Shown: piece after piece, positions 36,473 through 46,729 of the stretch
Layout of the letters: each line of letters opens with the position of its first letter
Position numbering within the stretch: the first letter of the stretch is position 1
IMG/VR virus record: IMGVR_UViG_3300049437_000136
Coordinates: 1-46,729 of that record
Strand: one strand, 5' to 3'
Length of the DNA: 46,729 nucleotides
From: a virus
Lineage: Duplodnaviria; Caudoviricetes
Notes under the pieces: generated by a model
Database searches by the model: none
What the model was told of the DNA's origin: nothing
The model's input: only the letters and a program-made list of their open reading frames with translations
Made by a program: the position numbers and the translations under genes

Positions 36473-39400
36473 ATGACGGTTTACGCCGACTATCAGTACC
36501 TCGTCGACTGGAATGGAGATGGGGCGTATAGCCATGCCAATTCGGACATTTCTGCGTATGTGCTTGAATCCTCTTTTCAGCGGGGCGTCCCTGATGGAAT
36601 ACCGCTCCAGGCAGGAGCCGGCGCTCTGACGCTGAAAATAGATAATTCTTCTTCCATATTTTCCCCAGACAATGAATCAAGTCCGCTATACGGCCTCATA
36701 TCCCCCTTTCTAAGAGTCCGCATGCTTATGACGATCGGGACCGGAGCTGCTTCATATATGTTCACCGGATTTCTTGAGGATGCAGATCCGATAATAGGGC
36801 TTCCGGTGGGAATCTCGTACGCTACGCTCAAGGCTTATGGAATTCTCGCGAGGATTCAAGACGAGCAATCATCAATAGAGCTTCAGGAGGACATAACGAC
36901 TGGCTGGCTTTTTGGCGCCCTCATGAACGCGGCCGGCATCAGCGCCGGCGATTATGACGCGGAAACAGGCCAATCGGCTATCTCTAAATACTGGCAAGAT
37001 CCCGGAACAGATCTGCTGTCTTCAATCAGAGACCTGGAATCTGAGGAACTCGGGCACATCGTCGAGACCCCGGAAGGCAAAGCCGTCTTCTGGGATCGGT
37101 CTCATTATTTTCAAGATTCCAGGTCTTCAGTAATACAGGCTACCTATGGCACTGGAATCTTGAATATCTGGAATCTTCAGCGGATCAATTCACTGCGCTC
37201 GATCTACAACTACGTGTCAGCTGAGGTCAAAACATTTAACGTCACAGATGAAGAAGTTCTGCTGATCACTATATCCGATGTTCCCAATGGGCTTGGGGCA
37301 ACGCCTCTAATCATTCCGGCCGGCGGATCGCTGGTTGTGACTTTCGATTTTCCGGGCCCGGAATCTCCGGGTCAATACATCGGCGTCGACTCGTGGGGGA
37401 TAGTCGATTATCAGGCCAACTCGGAGCGGGATGGAACCGGCGACGACCTGACTTCTGATCTCAGCGAGACGACAAGAACGGAGCAGGGATCCAGGCTGAT
37501 AGTGGTATTCCATAATGCGGCAGCCGTCCAGGCGCATCTGGTCGTCCTGCGCGCCCACGGGATAGCGATTGTGGCCGGCGACCGGATACCCATTTCCGCC
37601 TCCGATTCCACGTCAATCGCGAAATATGGCCGCCGGCCTTTTCCTTTTGCCTTCAACTGGATCACGGATCAGGTGGACGGGCAGGCGAAGCTCGACTACG
37701 TGATATCGGAATACAAGGATCCCCGCGCCCGAATCTCTTTCGATGTCCGGGCAAACTATGATCTTGCACACCTGACGGAAGTACAGACCAGGCGCGAAGG
37801 AGACAGAATAAGAGTCGTCGCCGGCGCTGAATTCGGTCTCTTTCTTGACAAAGAATTTATCGTGGATGCCGTTATCCACAGGATCGGAGCGGACCGGATC
37901 CATGTAATGACGCTGTATTGCACGGAGAAACCGAAGGCGCAACTGGCCGCCGATGGGACAGCCCGTGTCCCCAACGAGATCCCGGACGCAGCGGCGATCG
38001 AGAAGCCGGATCAGCTTTGGGCGGCCGGATTTGCGCTGGAGGATTCCATCTTCCTGATAAGCGGATGTAATAAATGGAACTCCGGGATCTACGAGGCCGA
38101 GATAAGAGCGAAGCGGATCGAATCAGGGACGGCGGTGAAGAGCGTGGATCTGCGGACGGCCGGCGAAGGTGGAACCTTTGTCCATAATGGGACCGATCAG
38201 GTGATCGTCACCGGGCTTTTCGCCGAATGGCAGGGACTCAGGCATCAATTATTTTATGGCGCCTATCCGGGAATATGGTACTGGGCGGCTCGCCTTAAGA
38301 ACGCCAGCGGCTGGAGCAATTGGACCGACGGGAACACAGTGCCGCAACATGTGGTTGATAGCGTAAATACGGAGGGAACGGCGCTGGTTGATATCGGCCC
38401 GCCGGCGAATTGGAAACTGCAAATTAAGAGTGGAGTGCAGGAAGGAACGGTCGTGGTCGCTGCGACCAGGCCGAGAATAAATGGAAAGCGGATCATGGGC
38501 GCCTCTTTCCAAATTCGTGATTCATCGGCCGGCGCTTGGAGGAATATCGATGCGGATGCCGGAGCATCGGATGTCCTTTATGATGGGTCGGAAATCGACC
38601 ATGCCTATGATCCGATCACAGGCATTCTGAGCAAAACCGATGGCGATTATGAGGATGCGATCGCGGACGGCGGATTGCTGCTCATCGATGTCAGGGGCGA
38701 AGCTTTCGATCATCGCTGCACGATATGGAGGCAGATAACTGCCGACCAGATCGATGCAACAGAGATATCGGGGATCCTCCCATTTGCAATGCCCGAGGCT
38801 CCCAATGCCAATGGCTTGTACTCCAAGCTGAGAATAAAAATTGTCAGACCGCCATGGGTATGGAATGCGACCATGCCGGCGGCGAACGTCGATGGATTCG
38901 CGGCCGAGGCAGGGTATAGAAAAAGGGATTTTGTGCTCGGCGGGATGGCCGGCGATTTGGATACAGATACTTTCCTAAGCGCTCCGATTCCGATCCCGGA
39001 TGGAATCACAATCCAGGATCTGGAAGCGCGTGTCTGGTTCGAAAACATTTACAGCGCTTCCGATGATGAGAATCACGATGCCGAAATAATTGATGCGGCC
39101 TCCCTGACAATCCCAGTGCTTCTGACAGCCACGATGATAGGGATCGGGACGGATCCGCCGGTCTCGGGACCATGGGCAATGATCAGGATTCCGTGTGATC
39201 TGATTATTAATGGAATCACGCTCCTGGCCGACCAAGCAGGATCGATCCAGCTTGACGTCCGGAGATGCCTGTATACAGCTTATCCTGACGGACCCGGGGA
39301 TTCGATCGTAGCATCTGCGCCGCCTCTTTTGTCCAGCGCACAGGCATACCAGGATTACACGTTGACCGGGTGGACCCGGACTCTCGATGAGGGAGACGTG

Positions 39401-40369
39401 CTGGTGATTTATGTTGCGGCCGGAGCGAGCGGAATTTTGCGCGCGACGCTTACGATCGATTGCAGAGCGACCGTAGGCGTTGGATCCGGAGCTGCGCCCG
39501 GCTCGAATACTCTTCCAATCCCATGGGGATACTGGCCGATGGACGAGGTCTCGCAATTTCAGGTAGACGGAGCGCCATCGGCCTGGTGGTATGGCGCGAT
39601 CGCCGGCGGGGGCCGATTCTTGTATTTCAAGCATACCTTCCAGTTGGTCGGGGACCAGGAAAGCCTGGCCAATGGCGATGCATTTGGACCTATCTATATT
39701 CCGCCTGGCAAAGCCTACAGCACTTATTGGAAAGAAGCTTCTCGCACGATCGGAATTGGAGATTGGGCAGGCGGCGCGCAAGGCGCTGTTTTTTATGACG
39801 ATGCCGCGGCGCTGCAGAACCTGCGAATTATTGGGTACAAGATTTATACGAATTCGATTGATGGCGGAGCAGTTGGAATTAAGGGATGGCAGGCAATTTA
39901 TAGAGCCACAGACGAAAGCACGGTATATGGAACTCTGAGAGGGCATGCGGCCGGCGAGACCGAAAATGAATTCATCCTATCCGATGATGAGTACATCACA
40001 CAGATAAAGGGATATAGGAGCGGACCAAGCTCTTTCTCGAACAGAATTTATCAATTGGAATTTGTCACGAATCTCGGATCGCACATTTATGGGACAGCCA
40101 CAGGAACAGCGTTCACGCTGAACCTGCCGGTTCCTTCGACAGCCTGGGGATCACATACGTTCGCCGGGCTCTGGGGAAATTATGCTACAAATCCGATCGC
40201 GATCCGCAGGATCGGATTGCTTTATTGCATAGATACTTTTGATTCTGCGCAAAATGATCCTGATGACGTCATCGGCTGGAACGCTTACATGAGCGAGGAC
40301 GGGATAACCTACACAAAACAGAATGGTGCTTATTTGGGCCTTGGTTCGGTTTATGAGGAAGGCAGCTGA
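36473..40369 (+). CDS. Large tail tip/host-specificity protein with C-terminal jacalin-like lectin domain
   Basis: 1298 aa after the tape measure, beta-rich; GGAQGAVFYD...LSDDEYITQIKG...IYQLEFVTNLG..YG...FAGLWG..IRRIG matches the jacalin pattern. Confidence 0.75.
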   Translation: MTVYADYQYLVDWNGDGAYSHANSDISAYVLESSFQRGVPDGIPLQAGAGALTLKIDNSSSIFSPDNESSPLYGLISPFLRVRMLMTIGTGAASYMFTGFLEDADPIIGLPVGISYATLKAYGILARIQDEQSSIELQEDITTGWLFGALMNAAGISAGDYDAETGQSAISKYWQDPGTDLLSSIRDLESEELGHIVETPEGKAVFWDRSHYFQDSRSSVIQATYGTGILNIWNLQRINSLRSIYNYVSAEVKTFNVTDEEVLLITISDVPNGLGATPLIIPAGGSLVVTFDFPGPESPGQYIGVDSWGIVDYQANSERDGTGDDLTSDLSETTRTEQGSRLIVVFHNAAAVQAHLVVLRAHGIAIVAGDRIPISASDSTSIAKYGRRPFPFAFNWITDQVDGQAKLDYVISEYKDPRARISFDVRANYDLAHLTEVQTRREGDRIRVVAGAEFGLFLDKEFIVDAVIHRIGADRIHVMTLYCTEKPKAQLAADGTARVPNEIPDAAAIEKPDQLWAAGFALEDSIFLISGCNKWNSGIYEAEIRAKRIESGTAVKSVDLRTAGEGGTFVHNGTDQVIVTGLFAEWQGLRHQLFYGAYPGIWYWAARLKNASGWSNWTDGNTVPQHVVDSVNTEGTALVDIGPPANWKLQIKSGVQEGTVVVAATRPRINGKRIMGASFQIRDSSAGAWRNIDADAGASDVLYDGSEIDHAYDPITGILSKTDGDYEDAIADGGLLLIDVRGEAFDHRCTIWRQITADQIDATEISGILPFAMPEAPNANGLYSKLRIKIVRPPWVWNATMPAANVDGFAAEAGYRKRDFVLGGMAGDLDTDTFLSAPIPIPDGITIQDLEARVWFENIYSASDDENHDAEIIDAASLTIPVLLTATMIGIGTDPPVSGPWAMIRIPCDLIINGITLLADQAGSIQLDVRRCLYTAYPDGPGDSIVASAPPLLSSAQAYQDYTLTGWTRTLDEGDVLVIYVAAGASGILRATLTIDCRATVGVGSGAAPGSNTLPIPWGYWPMDEVSQFQVDGAPSAWWYGAIAGGGRFLYFKHTFQLVGDQESLANGDAFGPIYIPPGKAYSTYWKEASRTIGIGDWAGGAQGAVFYDDAAALQNLRIIGYKIYTNSIDGGAVGIKGWQAIYRATDESTVYGTLRGHAAGETENEFILSDDEYITQIKGYRSGPSSFSNRIYQLEFVTNLGSHIYGTATGTAFTLNLPVPSTAWGSHTFAGLWGNYATNPIAIRRIGLLYCIDTFDSAQNDPDDVIGWNAYMSEDGITYTKQNGAYLGLGSVYEEGS

Positions 40370-43329
40370 TGGCTTACGATTTTGCAAATGATGCGAACTG
40401 CGTAGCTCTATATAACTTCGAATCGGGAGCATTGACAACGGATTCGAAAGGAACAAACACTCTCACGGAATACCATTCTGGGACAGCGACTCAGGCAAGC
40501 TCGACGCATAAAGAAGGATCCTATGCGGCCGATTTAGAGAATGGCTACGACAATCAGTTTTATAGAGCCGATACAGATCTCAGCGCAGGATTTCCACTTA
40601 AGAATGGAACGACGAACAAAGTTTTTTCAATCGTATCTTGGTTTCGAGTCGAATCGTTTTCGGCCGACTATCGCTATCTCTGTTCAAAGAATGACACAGG
40701 TACAAACAAGCGGTGCTTTTGTCTTGCGTCAAGAAATACTAGTGGTCAGGTCAGTTCGATAAACGCTCTATTCGGAAGAACGGGCGGCACAACAAACGAA
40801 ACTATTATCTTATTCCAAAATTTAACGCTCAATCGATGGTATCACATTGCTTTCACTTACGACGATTCAACAAAGATTTGGTATTGTCGACTATGGGACG
40901 ACTCGGACAAGCTTTTTAAAGAAAAATATGGAATTGCAGGCGCAAATATTGATTTGTTCGACGCTCCATTTCTACTCGGCGGAGTATATGCTTCGGGATC
41001 TCCGACTTCAAGTTATTCGTGGGACGGCTTGATCGATCAGTTCGCGGTATTTAATGACGTCTTGACGATTGCGGAAATCGATCAAATTCGCACCGATAAT
41101 TATTCCGGAGCCTCCGCATACACTCAGCTTTATGGCTCGAGCCTTGATGATTTGATGGTGGCTACAATTTTAACGAAGCTCCAGGATTTATGCACCTTAG
41201 GAGGAGCATCTTGGACCTATACGGTTTTTGGAACCTCCGAAAGGGATAGCAATGTCGGAGGAGCTATCATAAACGGAGCTTCTTATACGAAAACCGTTTT
41301 TATCATTTCTAGCATCCATGGCTTGGAGACCGGAAGCGTAAGAATGGTCATGGACTTTTTGAACTACCTCGCTTTGCATCCGGATCAAATAATATCCGGA
41401 GTTAGGTATATTGTAATTCCGATTATTAATCCGGACGCATACGCGGAAGCAACTAGGAAGAATAAAAATGATCTGCATGACGATGGCGTTTCTCCATTTC
41501 CTCGATTCGTTGATATTAACAGGAATTTCGTAACTGGGAGGGGCGGCGGAAATGCAAGCGCTACGGCTTCTAGCAGTTACTACTATGGACCGGCTGCATT
41601 ATCGGAAGCGGAGTCACAAATTATTGACGGAATTTTTGATTCCTATGATCCCGGTCTCTTTTTCGATTGTCATACGGATGACAATTATATTGGCTGTCAT
41701 GACGACATGTTTTTAAAACGTCAAGAACCCGTCGACGATGCTCTCGACGCTTTAATGATCACAAAATTTGCATTTGACGCGGCGACGGTGCAAGGAGAAG
41801 CTACAAACGACGCAGCTTCGGTGTATGGAATGGAATCCTATTTATTAGAACTTGCCGTCATTGGTCCGGATCAATTCGAAATCAATCGCGGTCTTTGCGC
41901 TTTAAAAACGATCATATTCGAATGGGATGCGGACGCGGAAGCTCCGATTCATAATAACTTTGCTGCAATGGCTTCTTGTGTAGCGAATTATAGGTTTTTC
42001 CCTAGAGATCTCAACAAAGATGAACAGGGAAAAAATAATTTGGTCGAGATTAATTATCCGCAAGCAACGAGAAATAATTATGTCCCTGTCGGATATGTGA
42101 TCAATTGCGGGGATACGACCGGAGATCTCGGAGTTCAATCGAATGGCTACATGACTATTGCGGATGCGAATCTTAGTTCAGATTTCCCGCAAAAGAGTGG
42201 AGGCTCGCAAAAGGATCTATCTCTTTGCTGTTTTTTTAGAATCCGTGATATCAATAAAGTTGCGGGAACTTCCTATATAATCTCCAAGTATAGCACGGAC
42301 GGAGCTAAGAGATCGTGGGCGTTAGTTTGGACAGCGGCCGATTTAAAGTTGTATTTCTATAGTGGTAAAACAGGAGGAACGGCCAGAAATGCTGTTCAAA
42401 TCGGAACAGATGATTTGGTCGAGGGGAGAACATACTTTATCGGAATCACTTATAATAATTCGACGTTAGCTTGGACAGCTAAACTGATAAATGCGGAAAC
42501 TGACGCTGTAGTATTTAATTCTGGAGGAACATTTGACGAAGCGATGTCAACGACGGATGCGGCATTAATGCTTGGAGCAGCCCCAGTTTCAGCACTATTT
42601 TACTTTGATGTTGATCTCGGAGCGGTTCAAATTTTAAATGAGGTATTGACAGAATCTCAAATCGATGAGATTTACGAGGATACTGTCACAGCGGGAACCG
42701 CTCCTCCCTCGGAGCTACGACAGAACCGGGAGGATATCAGCGGAGCCAATCACGATCTTGCGGACACTGGCACGCTGCCGACGGGAAACGTACAGGGTAA
42801 AATCGGGAACGCGGCTTATTTTAGCGGAGCAGGTCAACAGCTTCTAACGAGAGCGACCGCGCCGGATCTGTCGAGTGACGCTGAGTTTACAATATCCTTC
42901 CGGATTAAGCCGCATCTCGAATCGAATCCAGGCTCCAATATTTATTGGCATCTGGTTATAGGCGATTTAGAAATCCAAGTCGGATTTGCTCCTGGACAGA
43001 TATATGCGTTTGCATCCGCATCAACTCCCAGCCTGGCCTGCAGCACCGGGAATGTTGTGCCGGCGGATGAGTTCTCCATGCTCACCGTTTATTTTGACAC
43101 CTCCGGCCTCTATATCGACGTGAACAATCAGAACGAAGCATCCGATGCCGGAGCGAATACGGGAATCGTGTCGCCGGCCGCCTCTATGAAAATGGGCATC
43201 GAAGCTGAAGTAACGATGGTGATTAGCGTGGACGAAGTCGCTATATGGATCGGCGCTAATGCACTGAGCGCTGCCCAGCGAACAACTCTTTATTCGGGAA
43301 ACTATAATCAAAGACCTGCATTTGCTTAG
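40369..43329 (+). CDS. Tail protein: LamG/ConA-like domains flanking an M14 zinc carboxypeptidase domain
   Basis: ALYNFE..., NRWYHIAFTYD, DGLIDQFAVFNDVLT (LamG); IHGLE, IPIINPD, RKN, DINRNF, LSEAES, DCH (M14); C-terminal VDEVAIW..ALS. Confidence 0.78.
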   Translation: MAYDFANDANCVALYNFESGALTTDSKGTNTLTEYHSGTATQASSTHKEGSYAADLENGYDNQFYRADTDLSAGFPLKNGTTNKVFSIVSWFRVESFSADYRYLCSKNDTGTNKRCFCLASRNTSGQVSSINALFGRTGGTTNETIILFQNLTLNRWYHIAFTYDDSTKIWYCRLWDDSDKLFKEKYGIAGANIDLFDAPFLLGGVYASGSPTSSYSWDGLIDQFAVFNDVLTIAEIDQIRTDNYSGASAYTQLYGSSLDDLMVATILTKLQDLCTLGGASWTYTVFGTSERDSNVGGAIINGASYTKTVFIISSIHGLETGSVRMVMDFLNYLALHPDQIISGVRYIVIPIINPDAYAEATRKNKNDLHDDGVSPFPRFVDINRNFVTGRGGGNASATASSSYYYGPAALSEAESQIIDGIFDSYDPGLFFDCHTDDNYIGCHDDMFLKRQEPVDDALDALMITKFAFDAATVQGEATNDAASVYGMESYLLELAVIGPDQFEINRGLCALKTIIFEWDADAEAPIHNNFAAMASCVANYRFFPRDLNKDEQGKNNLVEINYPQATRNNYVPVGYVINCGDTTGDLGVQSNGYMTIADANLSSDFPQKSGGSQKDLSLCCFFRIRDINKVAGTSYIISKYSTDGAKRSWALVWTAADLKLYFYSGKTGGTARNAVQIGTDDLVEGRTYFIGITYNNSTLAWTAKLINAETDAVVFNSGGTFDEAMSTTDAALMLGAAPVSALFYFDVDLGAVQILNEVLTESQIDEIYEDTVTAGTAPPSELRQNREDISGANHDLADTGTLPTGNVQGKIGNAAYFSGAGQQLLTRATAPDLSSDAEFTISFRIKPHLESNPGSNIYWHLVIGDLEIQVGFAPGQIYAFASASTPSLACSTGNVVPADEFSMLTVYFDTSGLYIDVNNQNEASDAGANTGIVSPAASMKMGIEAEVTMVISVDEVAIWIGANALSAAQRTTLYSGNYNQRPAFA

Positions 43330-43340
43330 GAGCGTATTCT

Positions 43341-43598
43341 ATGGCCCCTCAAATTCTCCTCGTTATCTTTGCCTGACTGGGATTTATTCTCGCTCTACTC
43401 GGATGGGCTTATCAGCTTGGATATTCCAACGCTCGCCTCATTCGCAATGAAAAAGATATTGCCGAGCTGAAGGAGAAATCCGATCGGAGCGAAAAAGAAT
43501 TCCGTTCGGAAGTCCGGGAAAGCTTCGGCAAGGTTTATCTAAAACTTGATGAGCTTCCATGCCATAACCCGGGCTGGAAAAAGGAAAACTACCAATGA
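43341..43598 (+). pseudogene. Holin-like membrane/coiled-coil gene with in-frame TGA at codon 12
   Basis: AGGAG RBS; MAPQILLVIFA*LGFILALLGWAYQLG...KENYQ*; ATGA overlap with the endolysin start. Confidence 0.65.
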
Positions 43599-44014
43599 AA
43601 CCAACTCACATCATCATCCATCACAGCCTGACCGAAGACGGCAAGACGGTCAGTTGGGGCGCTATCCGTGATTACCATGTAAAAACCAATGGCTGGCGCG
43701 ATATCGGATACCATTTCGGAATTGAGCTTGTCGGCGATCATTACGAAATCCTGGTCGGCCGGGAAGCAACGGAAGAGGGCGCGCATTGCGCGGACGGCGG
43801 GATGAATCGCTGCAGCCTTGGAATCTGCATGATCGGAAATTTCGACCTGGCAGCTCCTCCGGATGCTCAGATCCAGGTGCTTGTCAGGCACGTGCGATCG
43901 CTCATGCTTCAATTTGGAATCCCAAAGGAAAATGTGAAACGGCATCACGACTATTCACCGAAATCCTGTCCCGGAAAACTCTTTCCCTGGACCGAATTTC
44001 TGGCGCTGCTTTAA
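43595..44014 (+). CDS. Endolysin, N-acetylmuramoyl-L-alanine amidase (Amidase_2)
   Basis: IIIHHS, GWRDIGYHF, GR...GAH, SLGICMIGNF, HHD...KSCPG. Confidence 0.95.
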   Translation: MKPTHIIIHHSLTEDGKTVSWGAIRDYHVKTNGWRDIGYHFGIELVGDHYEILVGREATEEGAHCADGGMNRCSLGICMIGNFDLAAPPDAQIQVLVRHVRSLMLQFGIPKENVKRHHDYSPKSCPGKLFPWTEFLALL

Positions 44015-44061
44015 ATCCCATCGAAAAGTTTATCAGCTAAACGCAAAAAAGAGAGGAACTC

Positions 44062-44433
44062 ATGAAGATACTATTCATTTGTTTAGTATTTTTCTTTCTT
44101 TGCAACCTGGTTTCCTGGCGTCTGATCCCAGCAATATTATGCCGCAAGCGAAACCTTCCGGCTATTTTGCAGGGCGAGCATCCCGACTGGTGGCCTTTCC
44201 TTCGCTGGATCCCGCGGCGTTTGACGGCCTTCATTGGCGGCCGCAGGGATCCTGTGCAGCTGCTCGGCTCAAATCCCAAGGATCATCACCAGGACGTCCC
44301 GGCTCCAGGAACATGGTGTTTGTCCTGGCCGTTTCACTTCGCAATCAATCGAAAGAGATTATTCGGCCTTGGGATCCGGCGCGATTACGCCGACCGATAC
44401 TGGACCTTGCGTTTCGTATGGAGGAAGCGATGA
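44062..44433 (+). CDS. Hypothetical membrane-anchored, Trp/Arg-rich protein in lysis cassette
   Basis: GAGGA RBS, N-terminal TM helix, coupled to the next gene. Confidence 0.6.
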   Translation: MKILFICLVFFFLCNLVSWRLIPAILCRKRNLPAILQGEHPDWWPFLRWIPRRLTAFIGGRRDPVQLLGSNPKDHHQDVPAPGTWCLSWPFHFAINRKRLFGLGIRRDYADRYWTLRFVWRKR

Positions 44434-44819
44434 TGGAAAACAAAACTGCAGCCTGGATCTTCTACCTTGTTGGAGCGCTCCTAACGCTTGCCTGGAAGCT
44501 TTCCCGCTACTGCTATCACGGGAATCGAATGGGCAAGCCGGCGCTGGAATTATTAAAGGAATGGTTTTTTGATAAGAGCGCCGAAAATGCCGTCTCCTGG
44601 ATAACCACGATCGCAATCGTCTGGTTCTTTGGCGTCTATTACATCAGCGGCATTGATTTCAAAATAATTCCATTTTTGCGCGGCATTCCGGTCCATAGCT
44701 CATTCGCGTTTCTGCTTGGATCGGTGATGGAATATGCAGCTCCGAATGCCGCCAAATGGCTGCTTTCGAAACTGCCGGGAGGGGGAAATGATAGCTTTGA
44801 TCCTAAAGGCCTGGGCTAA
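44430..44819 (+). CDS. Holin-like membrane protein (about 3 TM)
   Basis: GGAGG RBS, ATGATG start, three hydrophobic segments, lysis context. Confidence 0.55.
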   Translation: MMENKTAAWIFYLVGALLTLAWKLSRYCYHGNRMGKPALELLKEWFFDKSAENAVSWITTIAIVWFFGVYYISGIDFKIIPFLRGIPVHSSFAFLLGSVMEYAAPNAAKWLLSKLPGGGNDSFDPKGLG

Positions 44820-45222
44820 TCCGCTTGTCCGGAAAGGCGTTCTTTATGGAGTCGGTGCGCTCGCAGTACTTTATGCTCTCCGGCTTTGGGGAAATGCGCA
44901 GTGGGCCAAGGGCGAGGCGGCTGGCCGGAAGAATGCAGCCCAATCGATCGAGAAGGCAAAGCTCGAAGAGTGGAAGGCAAAAGCGCGGGTGATCGTGGAT
45001 CAATCGGCGAAACTTGCAGCCGATCGACAAACACTGGATGAACAATTCGCCGAGTTGCGGCTCGCCCGGCAGAATCTTCAGGAAGGTCTTTCCCGATCGC
45101 TGAATCAAATCGATAAAACCAGGGAGGCGAACAATGCAAAAGTTAATGCTGTGCCTGATGCTCTTCTTGACAGCGCAATCCGCAATGTCTCAGGAGAGCT
45201 CGCCGGCAGCGCCGCTCAATGA
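44788..45222 (+). CDS. Rz-like (i-spanin-like) protein
   Basis: N-terminal TM followed by a long coiled coil; lysis cassette position. Confidence 0.6.
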   Translation: MIALILKAWANPLVRKGVLYGVGALAVLYALRLWGNAQWAKGEAAGRKNAAQSIEKAKLEEWKAKARVIVDQSAKLAADRQTLDEQFAELRLARQNLQEGLSRSLNQIDKTREANNAKVNAVPDALLDSAIRNVSGELAGSAAQ

Positions 45223-45520
45223 GCCCGAGAAACGCCAGGTTTTGAGCCAGCTTTACGAACTGAAATCCTGTAGAGACCAGGTGCGGGCTTATGCTGGGGC
45301 GATCGAGGCAGACCGTAAACTGGATGAAAAAGAGCGGGCGAATTATGAGCGGGCGCTGGAACTTGAAAAACAGGCAACGGCCCTAGCGGAAAAGGAGCGC
45401 GACCTGCAAAAGGATAAGGCAGCTTTTTATGAGCAATCCTATCGAACCCTAATAAAAGGTCCGGGAATTGGGTGCAGAATTGCCAAAATACTCACTTTGG
45501 GAATTGCACGCTGCAAATAA
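45134..45520 (+). CDS. Overlapping secreted coiled-coil protein (possible outer spanin partner)
   Basis: GGAGG RBS inside the Rz-like gene, signal peptide, no clear lipobox. Confidence 0.5.
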   Translation: MQKLMLCLMLFLTAQSAMSQESSPAAPLNEPEKRQVLSQLYELKSCRDQVRAYAGAIEADRKLDEKERANYERALELEKQATALAEKERDLQKDKAAFYEQSYRTLIKGPGIGCRIAKILTLGIARCK

Positions 45521-45553
45521 CTATTATTATATTTATATATTCCTATAAATTAA

Positions 45554-46729
<1,176 letters not shown>

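Noticed and set aside
43374-43376. Phage-wide TGA recoding
   Set aside because: Many neighbouring genes end in TGA with ATGA coupling, and long genes have no internal TGA

Overview
The window starts with host sequence: a REP-like palindrome, a secreted SMP-30/gluconolactonase gene and an AT-rich three-gene ImmA/IrrE-peptidase operon. From a truncated tRNA-Arg(ACG) 5' half at 4021-4063 (probable attL) it runs through most of a siphovirus-type prophage, all on the + strand: replication initiator, DnaC-like loader, HTH, HNH, ParB-MTase, terminases, ClpP-capsid fusion, portal, connectors, tail tube, frameshifted chaperones, tape measure, lectin/peptidase tail proteins, a lysis cassette and a final MTase apparently broken by an IS66-like end. 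Two modules stand out. (1) An AT-rich six-gene cargo operon (6228-12366) encodes a PP-loop ATPase, a membrane protein, a SAMHD1-like HD hydrolase, two SPPY-type MTases and a nucleotide kinase, with no recognisable nuclease. It is a candidate new nucleotide-modification or anti-phage system. (2) Five glycosyltransferases and a SAM methyltransferase (25182-29156) are translationally coupled inside the head-morphogenesis operon, directly after a repeat-rich head-associated protein. This is a candidate virion-glycosylation pathway. All calls come from reading motifs and context by eye; no database searches were run.
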